Source: Octopus sinensis
Taxonomy: Eukaryota
Length of the DNA: 64,000 bases
Assembly (NCBI RefSeq): GCF_006345805.1
Contig: NC_043002.1
Span: forward strand, 105,338,001 to 105,402,000
Direction: 5' to 3'
This document shows positions 53,798 through 64,000 of the stretch, one piece after another (positions within the stretch are counted from its first letter, which is position 1; each line of letters begins with the position of its first letter). The notes beneath the pieces were generated by a model. That model did no database searches. It was not told the origin of the DNA and worked only from the letters and a program-made list of their open reading frames with translations. The translations under genes and the position numbers were made by a program.

Positions 53798-53838
53798 TAA
53801 AGGAATTTTGTTAAATCGTCGTTCAACTCCATTCTTTC

Positions 53839-53885
<47 letters not shown>

Positions 53886-53888
<3 letters not shown>

Positions 53889-54105
53889 TAATCCCTCGCC
53901 ATATCGCGGTTCACCTGTCACAGTTTACTATTTAAGCTTACGATGATTACTCCGTGGTGTTGTTTCGCATTTATAATAAAATAAGTATATACAAATAAAA
54001 AAATAATAAAAATATACACTACGATGATACTATTTCTACTTCGCGGATCTTCACCTATCGCGGGGTTTTGGAAACGTAATACCCGCGATAGTCGTGGGAT
54101 TACTA
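53886..54105 (+). mobile_element. Tigger/pogo-like MITE
   Basis: ta|cagtaatccctcgccatatcgcggttcac ... cccgcgatagtcgtgggattacta; homologous to 18454-18662. Confidence 0.75.
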
Positions 54106-54267
54106 CACATATATATATATATATATATATACATGTGGGGTCATCTTTACCTTGTTATCTCCCCTACTTTCCTTCCTGTGTTTGACACTTCTGTCCGGCA
54201 CTAGTCGCTATGATAGATCGTTACCCACTATACACATTTTTTTTCTCTCCTTGTTTTTTCTGTGTCC

Positions 54268-54303
54268 CTTTCTGTAGAAGAGCGTAGGTTCGAAACGTAA
54301 AAT
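54268..54303 (+). ncRNA. Hammerhead relic
   Basis: cuuu CUGUAGA a GAGC guag GUUC GAAACGUA aaa; core A6 is altered. Confidence 0.4.
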
Positions 54304-54434
54304 ACTTTTTCTATTCCTGAGCATTATACTAATACATCTGTTTGTTTTGTACACCACCTGCCTTCGTCTTTTGTTTTTATCGTAAACCTTCCCTACATAT
54401 ATATATATATATATACATACACGCACGCACACAC

Positions 54435-54543
<109 letters not shown>

Positions 54544-54544
54544 G

Positions 54545-54950
54545 ATATGAGAAGCTTCCTCCCCAACCAAATGGTTCTGGGTTTTGTCCTTCTGCTTGGT
54601 ACCTCAGGCAAGTGTCTTCTACTATAGCTTCGGGTTGACAAAAGCCTTGTGAAGCGGATTTGGTCTCGTCAGAATCTGAAAGAAGCCTATTATATGCCAC
54701 TGTGTGTGTCTCTGTCTCTGTGTCCCTCTGTGTGCACCTGCGCGCGCACATTTGTGTCTGTGTTTCTCACTGCTGCTGCTTGCTAACCAGTGTTGGCGTG
54801 TTTACGCCACTATAACTTAGCTATTCGAAAAACGAGAGCGGTAGAATGAGTATCAAGCTATAAAATAAAAAAAAAGCATTGCGGTCGATCCATTTCACTA
54901 AATATTTTTCAAAATGGTGCCCAGCATGGCCGCGGTTTAATGACAGAATA
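54545..54950 (+). mobile_element. SINE family B, diverged
   Basis: cctcaggcaagtgtcttctactatagc...cagcatggccgcgg. Confidence 0.75.
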
Positions 54951-55090
54951 GCCAGGTCTTTTCGTCAGCAGCTGTTTTGAACTCAAACCCAATCTTTTAA
55001 TTGATTCAACACATTCTTTGACGAAATGAAATGAAATAGATACTGTGTTTCTTTGGGTTATTTTATTCAATATTCCTGTCGTCCGTTGTA

Positions 55091-55632
55091 AGGCGGCGAG
55101 CTGGCAGAAACGTTAGCACGCCGGGCGAAATGCGTAGCCGTATTACGTCTGCCGTTATGTTCTGAGTTCAAATTCCGCCGAGGTCGACTTTGCCTTTCAT
55201 CCTTTCGGGGTCGATTAAATAAGTACCAATTACGCACTGGGGTCGATATAATCGCCTTAATCCGTTTGTCTGTCCTTGTTTGTCCCCTCTATGTTTAGCC
55301 ACTTGTGGGTAGTAAAGAAATTGGTATTTCGTCAGTCTTTACATTCTGAGTTCAAATTCCGCCGAGGTCGACTTTGCCTTTCATCCTTCCAGGGTCGATA
55401 ACTTAAGTACCAGTTGTGTACTGGGGTCGATCTAATCGACTGGTCCTCTCCTCAAAAATTTCTGGCCTTGTACCTAGACTAGAAAAGGATATTTCTGTCG
55501 TCTGTTGTTATATTTCGAATCCAAATTCCCCCGAGGTCGATCTTGTCTTTTATGAATTCGGTAGTAATTGATTATTGCTGTCGTTGTAATCCACTTACCC
55601 AACGAGTAGAAATTGCTGGCCTTGTGCAAAAT
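55091..55632 (+). mobile_element. SINE family A (two units) plus a further partial copy
   Basis: Head aggcggcgagctggcagaaacgttagc at 55091. Confidence 0.9.
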
Positions 55633-55639
55633 TTGAAAC

Positions 55640-56075
55640 CAAGTTTTCAGAAAGTTTTCATCGTTCTCGACACAATTAAGGAGATTTTGAGCAACTGAAA
55701 CCCGAATGTCTTTTTGGTCACCTGGAAGCAGTTTTGATAAAAACTTGGCAGACATGAGTCTAATACCCAATTCGTCAATGATAATGGACTGGACTGAACC
55801 GTAACTTATCTACACATCCTCTGATAACTCACGGATGTGATTCGAGGATTTCCCCTCACAGCTGCACGCACATATCTGAGGTTTTTCTCAGTTCTGCTGG
55901 TTGCGGGTGTCCCAAAACGTTCATCAATATCGACATATTTTAGGCCATCTTCGAAACCTCTGAGCCACTTGTGTGCGGATCATACACTCCTCTCCATACA
56001 CTTTCTTCAACTTTGCGGTGGTGTCTGAGGAGGTATCGTCAAAAAAATTTTGACATTGTCAATGCGACGATCACA
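55640..56075 (-). mobile_element. Mariner-type transposase N-terminal fragment
   Basis: DERFGTPATSRTEKN...VRAAVRGNPRIT and MSAKFLSKLLPGDQKDIRVSVAQNLLNCVENDENFLKT (degenerate WVPH/FVPK-type motif). Confidence 0.8.
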
Positions 56076-56154
56076 TCTTGCAAACGTCACTTCGAAGTAC
56101 TTTTGTAAGAAGTAGAAATGAGTAGAGGTCAAGGTCAATCTGTGCTTTAGCTTC

Positions 56155-56168
56155 GTTACTATGGCAAC
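56155..56168. promoter_or_regulatory. RFX X-box-like motif GTTACTATGGCAAC
   Basis: Fits the GTHNYY-AT-RRNAAC consensus exactly; function not shown. Confidence 0.3.
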
Positions 56169-56311
56169 AGTCCGGGTACTTATTGATCAGACCTCACATA
56201 CGTGTATCTACGAATGTGTTAATACTTAAAGTTCAGTCTGAGGTTTGGTGGGAAGAAGGAAGAGGAAGAGGGGGAGGGGGGAGGACGGGGAGGACGGCGA
56301 CGAGAAGGACG

Positions 56312-56343
<32 letters not shown>

Positions 56344-56779
56344 GAAGAAAAAGGAGAAGAAGAAGAAGAAGAAGAAGAAGAAGAAGAAGAAGAAGAAGAA
56401 GAAGAAGAAGAAGAAGAAGAAGAAGAAGAAGAAGAAGGAGAAGAAGAAGAAGAAGAAGAAGAAGAAAGAAGAAGAAGAAGAAGAAGAAGAAGAAGACCCC
56501 TTTCCACACAGCTTTCCAAATAATGAGATGAAAGAATATAAAAAATATAATGAAATGATTATCAATAAGGATTTTAAGGTAACATGAAAGATCTGTTCAT
56601 GAATTTCTTGTTAATTAATTAAATTATTTTTAATCTTAATCTCTTTGTGTATTCTTTAAAGACGTTTTGTTTGTTTTCTTATTTTTCTCATCTCATCCTC
56701 TTTCTTTCTTATAAACGTTTAAACACACATTCGATTATTAAAATATCCTTTTCATTTTTATTAACTTCAATATCCACAT

Positions 56780-56783
56780 TTAA

Positions 56784-56843
<60 letters not shown>

Positions 56844-56887
56844 CATCATTATTATTATTATTATATTATTTTTATTATTATTATTAA

Positions 56888-56926
<39 letters not shown>

Positions 56927-57035
56927 TATTATTATTATTATTATTATTATCATTATTATTATTATTAATATTATTATTATTATTATTATTATATCATCAT
57001 TATTATTATAATTATTATTTTTATTATTATATTAA

Positions 57036-57066
<31 letters not shown>

Positions 57067-57136
57067 ATTATTATTATTATTATTATTATTATTATCATCA
57101 TTATTATATAATTATTATTTTTATTATTATTATTAA

Positions 57137-57167
<31 letters not shown>

Positions 57168-57176
57168 AACATTATG

Positions 57177-57209
<33 letters not shown>

Positions 57210-57276
57210 ATATTATTATTATTATTATTATTATCATCATTATTATTATAATTATTATTTTTATTATTATTATTAA

Positions 57277-57342
<66 letters not shown>

Positions 57343-57350
57343 CATTATTA
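56780..57350. repeat. (ATT)n compound microsatellite
   Basis: Triplet array. Confidence 0.95.
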
Positions 57351-57351
57351 T

Positions 57352-57547
57352 TGGCAAATTCGTTAGCACGCCGGACAAAAAATGCTTAGAGGTATTTCGT
57401 CTGTTGCTGCGACTTGAGTTCAAATTCTGCCGAGATTGACTTAACCTTTCATCCTTCGGGGCCGATAAATAAGAGTACCAGTGAAACACTGGGGGTTGAT
57501 GTAATCGACCAGTCCCCGCTACCAACATTCAGGCCTCGTAGAAGGAT
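57352..57547 (+). mobile_element. SINE family A, diverged
   Basis: tggcaaattcgttagcacg...gagttcaaattctgccgag. Confidence 0.8.
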
Positions 57548-57559
57548 CATTATTATTAT

Positions 57560-57795
57560 TGTTCTTTTCGATTGATTGATTTGCATTTCTGTTTCATCTT
57601 CCGCCCGACTCTCAACCAGAGGCTTAAGTCACGTATATATTAGACGGAGAGAAACTTCCTGAGAATATGGTAGCCTGATAGCAACACAACTTTTTAAAAA
57701 GTCTAATAGACTGTTGGCATCCCAAGGATCTGATCAAAAGAATTGTCAGCACCTTTCTCGATCATTCCCAGGGCACCTACAACAATAGGGAAAGT
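57560..57795 (-). mobile_element. R4/Dong-like LINE 3' end
   Basis: LKAKTFPIVVGALGMIEKGAD...GYHILRKFLSV*, then UTR and an AAT tail. Confidence 0.8.
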
Positions 57796-57823
57796 TTTGG
57801 CTTTTAATTGCAACGCCCAATAT

Positions 57824-57893
<70 letters not shown>

Positions 57894-57906
57894 CTATTAA
57901 TATTAT

Positions 57907-57938
<32 letters not shown>

Positions 57939-57956
57939 GTAGTAGTAGTGGTGGTG

Positions 57957-58013
<57 letters not shown>

Positions 58014-58225
58014 CTATTGTTATTATCATTAGTTTTTATTATTATTATTACTTTTTTTCTTCTTTCAAATTTGCTTCCATTGCTTGCCGAGTGTCTTCGC
58101 GACTCCTAGGGCAAAGAAACTCATTTTATTCATTGGTAGGCCATTAAACTAAACTCAATAGTTCGTTCCATTTTTTTGGGTGGGAAGAAGGAAGAGGAAG
58201 GGGAGGAGAAGGAGGATTATTATTA

Positions 58226-58310
<85 letters not shown>

Positions 58311-58319
58311 GATTATTTT

Positions 58320-58854
58320 CCCTTCTTTCTTCAAATTTTCTTCCGTTTCTCGCCGAGTGTATTCCGTACACCTAGGGCAGAGAAGCTCATTGTATGCATT
58401 CCCAGATTACGCACGCAAATTCACAGATAAAATATGTATTTAATAAATAAATAAATAAATAAATTCATGAATGGATGTTGTTTTCACAGCGATAATGCTC
58501 TTCTCAGTACATGAGCCGTTCCAGTTAACACGATTCTTTGCCCTACCTGTAGGGATGGTAAGCATGGTATCATTTTCAAATAGGTTTTAGTACCTTTTTT
58601 TTTATCATTCCTAGATATCCTACAATCACTGGTACTGTAGTCGCCTTGAGATGCCACATTTTTTCAGTTTCTATTAGCAAGTCTTTATATTTACTGATCT
58701 TGTCAAATTCTTTCACTGCTATATTATGATCGCAAGGAATACTCATGTCAATTAATAAACACATCATTTTTGTCTGATCTTTTATGATAATATCCGGTTT
58801 ATTAGCTTTAATAGCTTTGTCTTATCCGGTTTATTAGCTTTTATAGTTTTGTCT
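58320..58854 (-). mobile_element. R4/Dong-like LINE 3' end, 5'-truncated
   Basis: NKPDIIIKDQTKMMCLLIDMSIPCDHNIAVKEFDKISKYKDLLIETEKMW...GTAHVLRRALSL*; (ATT)n on both sides. Confidence 0.88.
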
Positions 58855-58956
58855 TATTATTATTATTATTATTATTATATTATTATTATTATTATTATTA
58901 TATTATTATCATTATTATTATTGTTGTTGTTATTATTATTATTATTATTATTGTTA

Positions 58957-59021
<65 letters not shown>

Positions 59022-59575
59022 GAGTGAGAGAGCAGTGCATACCATCAAAGTGACACTGGGGTAAAATATACGAAGCCCAGTATACCCATCATGACTACCC
59101 GTCTGATAAGGGTACACTAGGCACATGCATCACAACCATATGTGACGACTTGGTGATCTCATATCAAGATAAACAGCACATGACCTTGCAGGTGGGGCCC
59201 AGTTAGAATTCTGTTCTGGTCGAGTAGCCCATCCCGCTGAAAAGATCCCTGAACAAGGGTTGTTTAAGGATGTTGAACGAAACACCCCTGTATCCAAAGG
59301 TGAATTATTCAAACCCCAAAGAATCCCTCTCAACACATGGCTATGATGCTCCCCCACTACTTCTGCTCGTGATCAGAGATGCGCATATCGTCAGCCACTA
59401 AGGGACATGCTCAACTGGTCATGGTCAAACAACTGACAAGCAAATCTGTGGTATTGAGCAGAATATTTGCTGTAGCCCATCTTTTATACCAAGACAAAAC
59501 AATGTACATGATAACACTTCCAATCAGTTAAGATCAGAAGCCATGAGAGCCACTGCCTGGTACTGCATCAGGGCA
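59022..59575 (-). mobile_element. 555-bp (AAT)n-targeting non-coding element, full length
   Basis: 554 bp, gagtgagagagcagtg...catcagggca, with (ATT)n on both sides. Confidence 0.9.
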
Positions 59576-59605
59576 TAATTATTATTATTATTATTGTTAT
59601 TATTA

Positions 59606-59659
<54 letters not shown>

Positions 59660-59689
59660 TATTATTATTATATAATCATTATTATTATT

Positions 59690-60050
59690 TTCCATTTCTT
59701 GCCGAGTGTCCTCCTGACACCTAGGGCACACCAGATTGTTCATTTACAGAGTCATGTGATAGAGTAAAGGGGAGTACAAAGAGTAAAAGGAAAAATTAAA
59801 AAATAGAAAAGTAAACTAATAAAGAGGGAAAAAGGAAATAACATTCACAGCGACCCTGCTCTTCTCAATACGAGTGACAAACCAGTTAAGACAATCTTTT
59901 GCACTTCCTGCATGGATGGTGAGCCAGGGATCATTCTTAAATAATTTTCAATCCCTTTTTTGATCATTCCAAGTTCTCCTACAATCACTGGTATTGTAAC
60001 CATTTTGAGATGCCACATCTTTTTGATTTCGGTTAGCAGATCTTTATATT
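59690..60050 (-). mobile_element. R4/Dong-like LINE 3' end
   Basis: KYKDLLTEIKKMWHLKMVTIPVIVGELGMIKKGIENYL...EVQKIVLTG..VLRRAGSL*. Confidence 0.85.
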
Positions 60051-60170
60051 TTCTTCTTCTTCTTTTTCTTCTTCTTCTTCTTCTTCTTCTTCTTCTTCTT
60101 CTTCTTCTTCTCTCTTCTTTCTCTTCTTCTATCTCTTCTCTTCTTCTTCTTCTTTCTTCTTCTTCTTCTC

Positions 60171-60219
<49 letters not shown>

Positions 60220-60336
60220 ATTATTATTATTATTATATTATTATTATTATATTATTATTATTATTATTATTATTATATTATTATTATTATTATTATTATT
60301 ATCAGTATTATTTTATTATTATTATTATTCTCATTA

Positions 60337-60380
<44 letters not shown>

Positions 60381-60396
60381 TATTATTATTATTACT

Positions 60397-60949
60397 GAGT
60401 GAGAGAGCAATGCATGCCATCAAAGTGACACTGGGATAAAATATACAAAGTCCAGTATACCCATTATGACTACCCGTCTGATAAGGTTACACTAGGCCCA
60501 TGCATCACAACCATATGTGCGTGACATGGTGATCTCATATCAAGAGAAACAACGCAGGACCTTGCAGGTGGGGCCCAGTTAGAATTTTCTTGTGGTTGAG
60601 TAGCCCATCCCGCTCAAAAGGTCCCTGAATAAGGATCGTTTAACGATGTTAAACGAGACACCCATGTTTCCAAAGGTGAATTATCCAAATCTCTAAGAAT
60701 TCCTTTCAACACATGGCTATGATGCTCCCCCACTACTGCTGCTCGTGATCAGAGACGCACATATCGTCAGCCACTAAAGGACCTGCTCAATTGGTTAAGG
60801 TCAAACAACTGACAAGCAAATCTGTGGTATTGAGCAGAATATTTGCTGTAGTCCATCTTTTATACTAAGACAAAACAACGTACATCATAACACTTTCAAT
60901 AAGTTAACAGCAGAAGCCATGGGAGTCACTGTCTTGTACTGCCTGAGGG

Positions 60950-60951
<2 letters not shown>
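60397..60951 (-). mobile_element. 555-bp (AAT)n-targeting non-coding element, full length, more diverged
   Basis: Same termini as 59022-59575. Confidence 0.88.
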
Positions 60952-61006
<55 letters not shown>

Positions 61007-61084
61007 CATCATTATTATCATCATCATCATTATTATTGGCAGAGTCGCTAGTAGTAAATGCATAGTGATGTTTCTCACATCTTT

Positions 61085-61852
61085 AAGACAGCGAGCTGGC
61101 AGAATCGTTAACATGCCGGGAGAAATGCCTAGCGGTATTTCGTGCCCTCTCTGTATTCAAATACCACCGAAATCGACTTTGCCTTCCATCCTTTCGGGGC
61201 CGTTAAATTGAGTACCAGTGAAACGCTAGATTCGATGTAATCGACTTACCTCTTTTTCAAATATGAGGCCTTGTGCTTATAGGAGAAATGGTATTTCTCA
61301 CGGCATTATCCGTTTCCTTCTTGAGGTTCAAATCTCACTTTCGTGGAGTTGAAAAGATAAAGTACCAGGCAAGTACCAGAGTCGATCCTATCGACTCACC
61401 CCTCCCTCCGAAATTGCTACCCTTGCTAATATTAACTTTATTTTCAGAGCGGCGAGCTGGCAGAATCGTTCGTAGGCCCGGCGGAATGCTTAGCAGTATT
61501 TCGTTTGCCGTTACATTCTGAGTTCAAATTCCGCCGAGGTCGATTTGTCTTTCATCCTTTCGAGGTCGATTAAATAAGTACCAGTTACGACTGGGGTCGA
61601 TGTAATCGACTTAATCCGTTTGTCTGTCCTTGTTTGTCCCCTCTGTTTTTAGCCCCTTGTGGGTAGAAAAGAAATAGGTACTTCGTCTGCCGTTACGTTC
61701 TGAGTTCAAATTCGGCCGAGGTCGACTTTGCTTTTCATCCTTTCGTGGTCGATTAAATAAGTACCAGTTAAGCTCTGGGGTCGATGTAAATTGACTTAAT
61801 CGCTTTGTCTGTCCCTTCTATGTTTAGCCACCTGTGGGAAATAAAGAAATAA
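61085..61852 (+). mobile_element. Cluster of SINE family A copies (two decayed, one two-unit copy from 61447)
   Basis: Repeated gcgagctggcagaatcgtt heads and B boxes. Confidence 0.85.
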
Positions 61853-62358
61853 ATATTAGCTTTATTTTCGTTGGTAGTGTTTTTTGCTGTATATATGAAT
61901 TTTTTTATTGTTATTTATGATTGGAATGGTTATCAAGTTTAGCATAATTTTGATTCCGTTGGTTCATTGATAGAATCAGTTCAACTCCGGTCGGAATATC
62001 TTGCAGTGTTTATAAGCAGCCTTTGAATCCGTATCTTCTTCCTTGATTGTAATGTCGATGAAATATGTCTAAAGTTAATTATAGGAACGCATATTTCTTT
62101 ACTCGATTATACCAAGAATTTGGAGTTGGATGTGTATGTGCTTCAGAAGATTACTTCGAAACTGTGCGATTTGTTTTCAAAAATAATCCTTCGTTCTTTG
62201 GGAAGAGGTCTTGGAGTCTTGTACTGTTGTGGTTAATAAATATGAATATATGCGAAAATAGATAGACAACTAAACATACACTTAGATGCGCGTATGTATA
62301 TGTTATACATATGTGCGTGTGTGTGTGTGTGTGTGGTGCGTGTGTGTGCGCGCGCGTG

Positions 62359-62389
<31 letters not shown>

Positions 62390-62889
62390 TAAATATTTAT
62401 GCGAGTATTTGCAATACATCTCGTTGCTACGTGCTCTGTTTTCAAATAACACGTTGGTCAAATTGAATTTTTCATGAATGGGATTTGCTAAAGAATGAAC
62501 CCGTCCAGTGAGCAGTAATATAATTTGTCGTATCCTCATACGAGCAACAAACGTAAATTTATTAGATAAAATATTTATTTTAGCATGTACGTGCGCATGT
62601 GAACATATATGTGCGTGCCTGTCTGTCTGTCTGTCTGTGCGTTCGTGTGTGTGTGTGTGTGTACGTGCGTGTGTATGTGTGTGTGTGTGTGTGTGTGTGA
62701 GTATACGTACATCAAAATAAGATGGAAGCTTCTTGCTGATCGATTAACTGATGAGATATACATACTGGATGATTCTGTGTTGTATATGTTCCCCACCATG
62801 GACAGGGCACCGGAGTATCACGTGATCCCTCATATTTCTCAGTTGATTGGACTGGTTCAATGTGAAATGAAGTATCTTGCTTAAGATGC

Positions 62890-62965
62890 ATCAGCAGGTA
62901 CTCGAATCGAAATAACGACCATCAGCGCTACTCTCTAAGCACTAACCCACGCGCCTCACCACCTC
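62890..62965 (-). mobile_element. Isolated tRNA-like SINE head
   Basis: Minus strand: ggcgcgtgggttagtgctt...ttcgattc; does not fold into a clean tRNA by eye. Confidence 0.35.
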
Positions 62966-63199
62966 ACCACTATATATATATATGTGTGCATATGTATGGA
63001 TGCATGTATGCATGTATGTATGTATTATGTGTGTGTGTGTGTGTGCGTGTGTGTGTGTGTGCGTGTGTGTGCGTATGGGTATAGATAGATAAAGACATAC
63101 AGAGAATGCAGTTATGCAGTAACATGCACCATTGCATATTTGACACACTCACACTCTCTCTCTCTCTCTCTTTCACACAGTGCACACACCCACACATAC

Positions 63200-63243
<44 letters not shown>

Positions 63244-63493
63244 GATAATATATATATATATTGATAGATATATAGTTAGATAGATAGAAAACGAAAGTGA
63301 AAGTGAATGCCATTATATTGTATTGCTTTATTTATTACACTAATCACCATATATTGTTGTCATTATTGTTATACCGTCCTTCCATAATCAGCAAGCCCCC
63401 CCTCCTCCATTACCCCATTACTAACATTCAATTTCTACAATGACTTTAACTGTCCCGTCTTTCAGTCTCTCTCTCCCTCTCTTTCTAGCTCTC

Positions 63494-63533
<40 letters not shown>

Positions 63534-63710
63534 CTCTCTCTTCCTCTCCATATGACTGCCTTCACTTGCAAAGATACTATTAGCTTTCAGGTATCAGTGT
63601 ATCTATCTCTCTATAAGTCGGATTATCTATCTGATAATATCTATCTGACATGTTTCAAGCATGCGTATGTTATGTATGTATATATGCATGCATGTATATA
63701 TGCATGCATG

Positions 63711-63768
<58 letters not shown>

Positions 63769-63939
63769 CAGACAGGCAGAAATAATGAGAGAGAATGACA
63801 CAAAGAGAGGAATAGACGAAAAGAGAGAAAGTGTGTACGAGAGGGAGAGATATACACTTACATGCATTCAGAGGAACAGACAGACAGATATGATAGATAG
63901 ATATAGATATAAAGATAGAGAGAGAGAGAAAAATAGGAT

Positions 63940-63944
<5 letters not shown>

Positions 63945-64000
<56 letters not shown>
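63945..64000. repeat. (GATA)n microsatellite
   Basis: Runs to the window end. Confidence 0.95.

Larger units (their letters stand above)
53567..53843. repeat. Near-perfect palindrome: 122/121-bp arms, 34-nt loop, HHR in each arm
   Basis: 53567-53688 is the reverse complement of 53723-53843 apart from one small indel (ttctcgac versus gtcggaa). Confidence 0.95.

Noticed and set aside
59500-59575. HDV-like ribozyme at the 5' end of the 555-bp element
   Set aside because: Could not find P1/P1' complementarity or the nested pseudoknot by eye; an Infernal/RNArobo search would be decisive.

Overview
64 kb of AT-rich, microsatellite-dense animal genomic DNA. The repeat content (tRNA-derived SINEs, (TA)n/(AAT)n/(GATA)n arrays, R4/Dong-like LINEs) looks like a cephalopod, probably Octopus-type, genome; this is an inference. 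Most ORFs in the supplied track are microsatellite translation artefacts. Recognisable content: many decayed non-LTR retrotransposon pieces (R4/Dong-like with REL endonuclease, RTE, CR1-like, Tx1/L1-like, Penelope-like); a full-length but dead IR/DR Tc1 element with 197-bp TIRs; mariner fragments; two Tigger-like MITEs; a probable non-autonomous Helitron; and about 25 SINE copies. Less obvious content: (i) a putative spliced plus-strand gene of unknown product (5 in-frame exons, 272-13422, then a 3' UTR-like tract); (ii) about a dozen minimal type I hammerhead ribozyme (HHR) motifs, with all four fully canonical cores on the minus strand, including a 359-nt terminally redundant retrozyme-like unit and a near-perfect 277-bp hairpin with an HHR in each arm; (iii) a discrete 555-bp non-coding element that, like the Dong LINEs, sits in (AAT)n tracts in a fixed orientation; (iv) a 288-bp templated inverted copy of a LINE RT segment from 7 kb away. 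All family calls come from reading and hand-translating the sequence; no database search was run.
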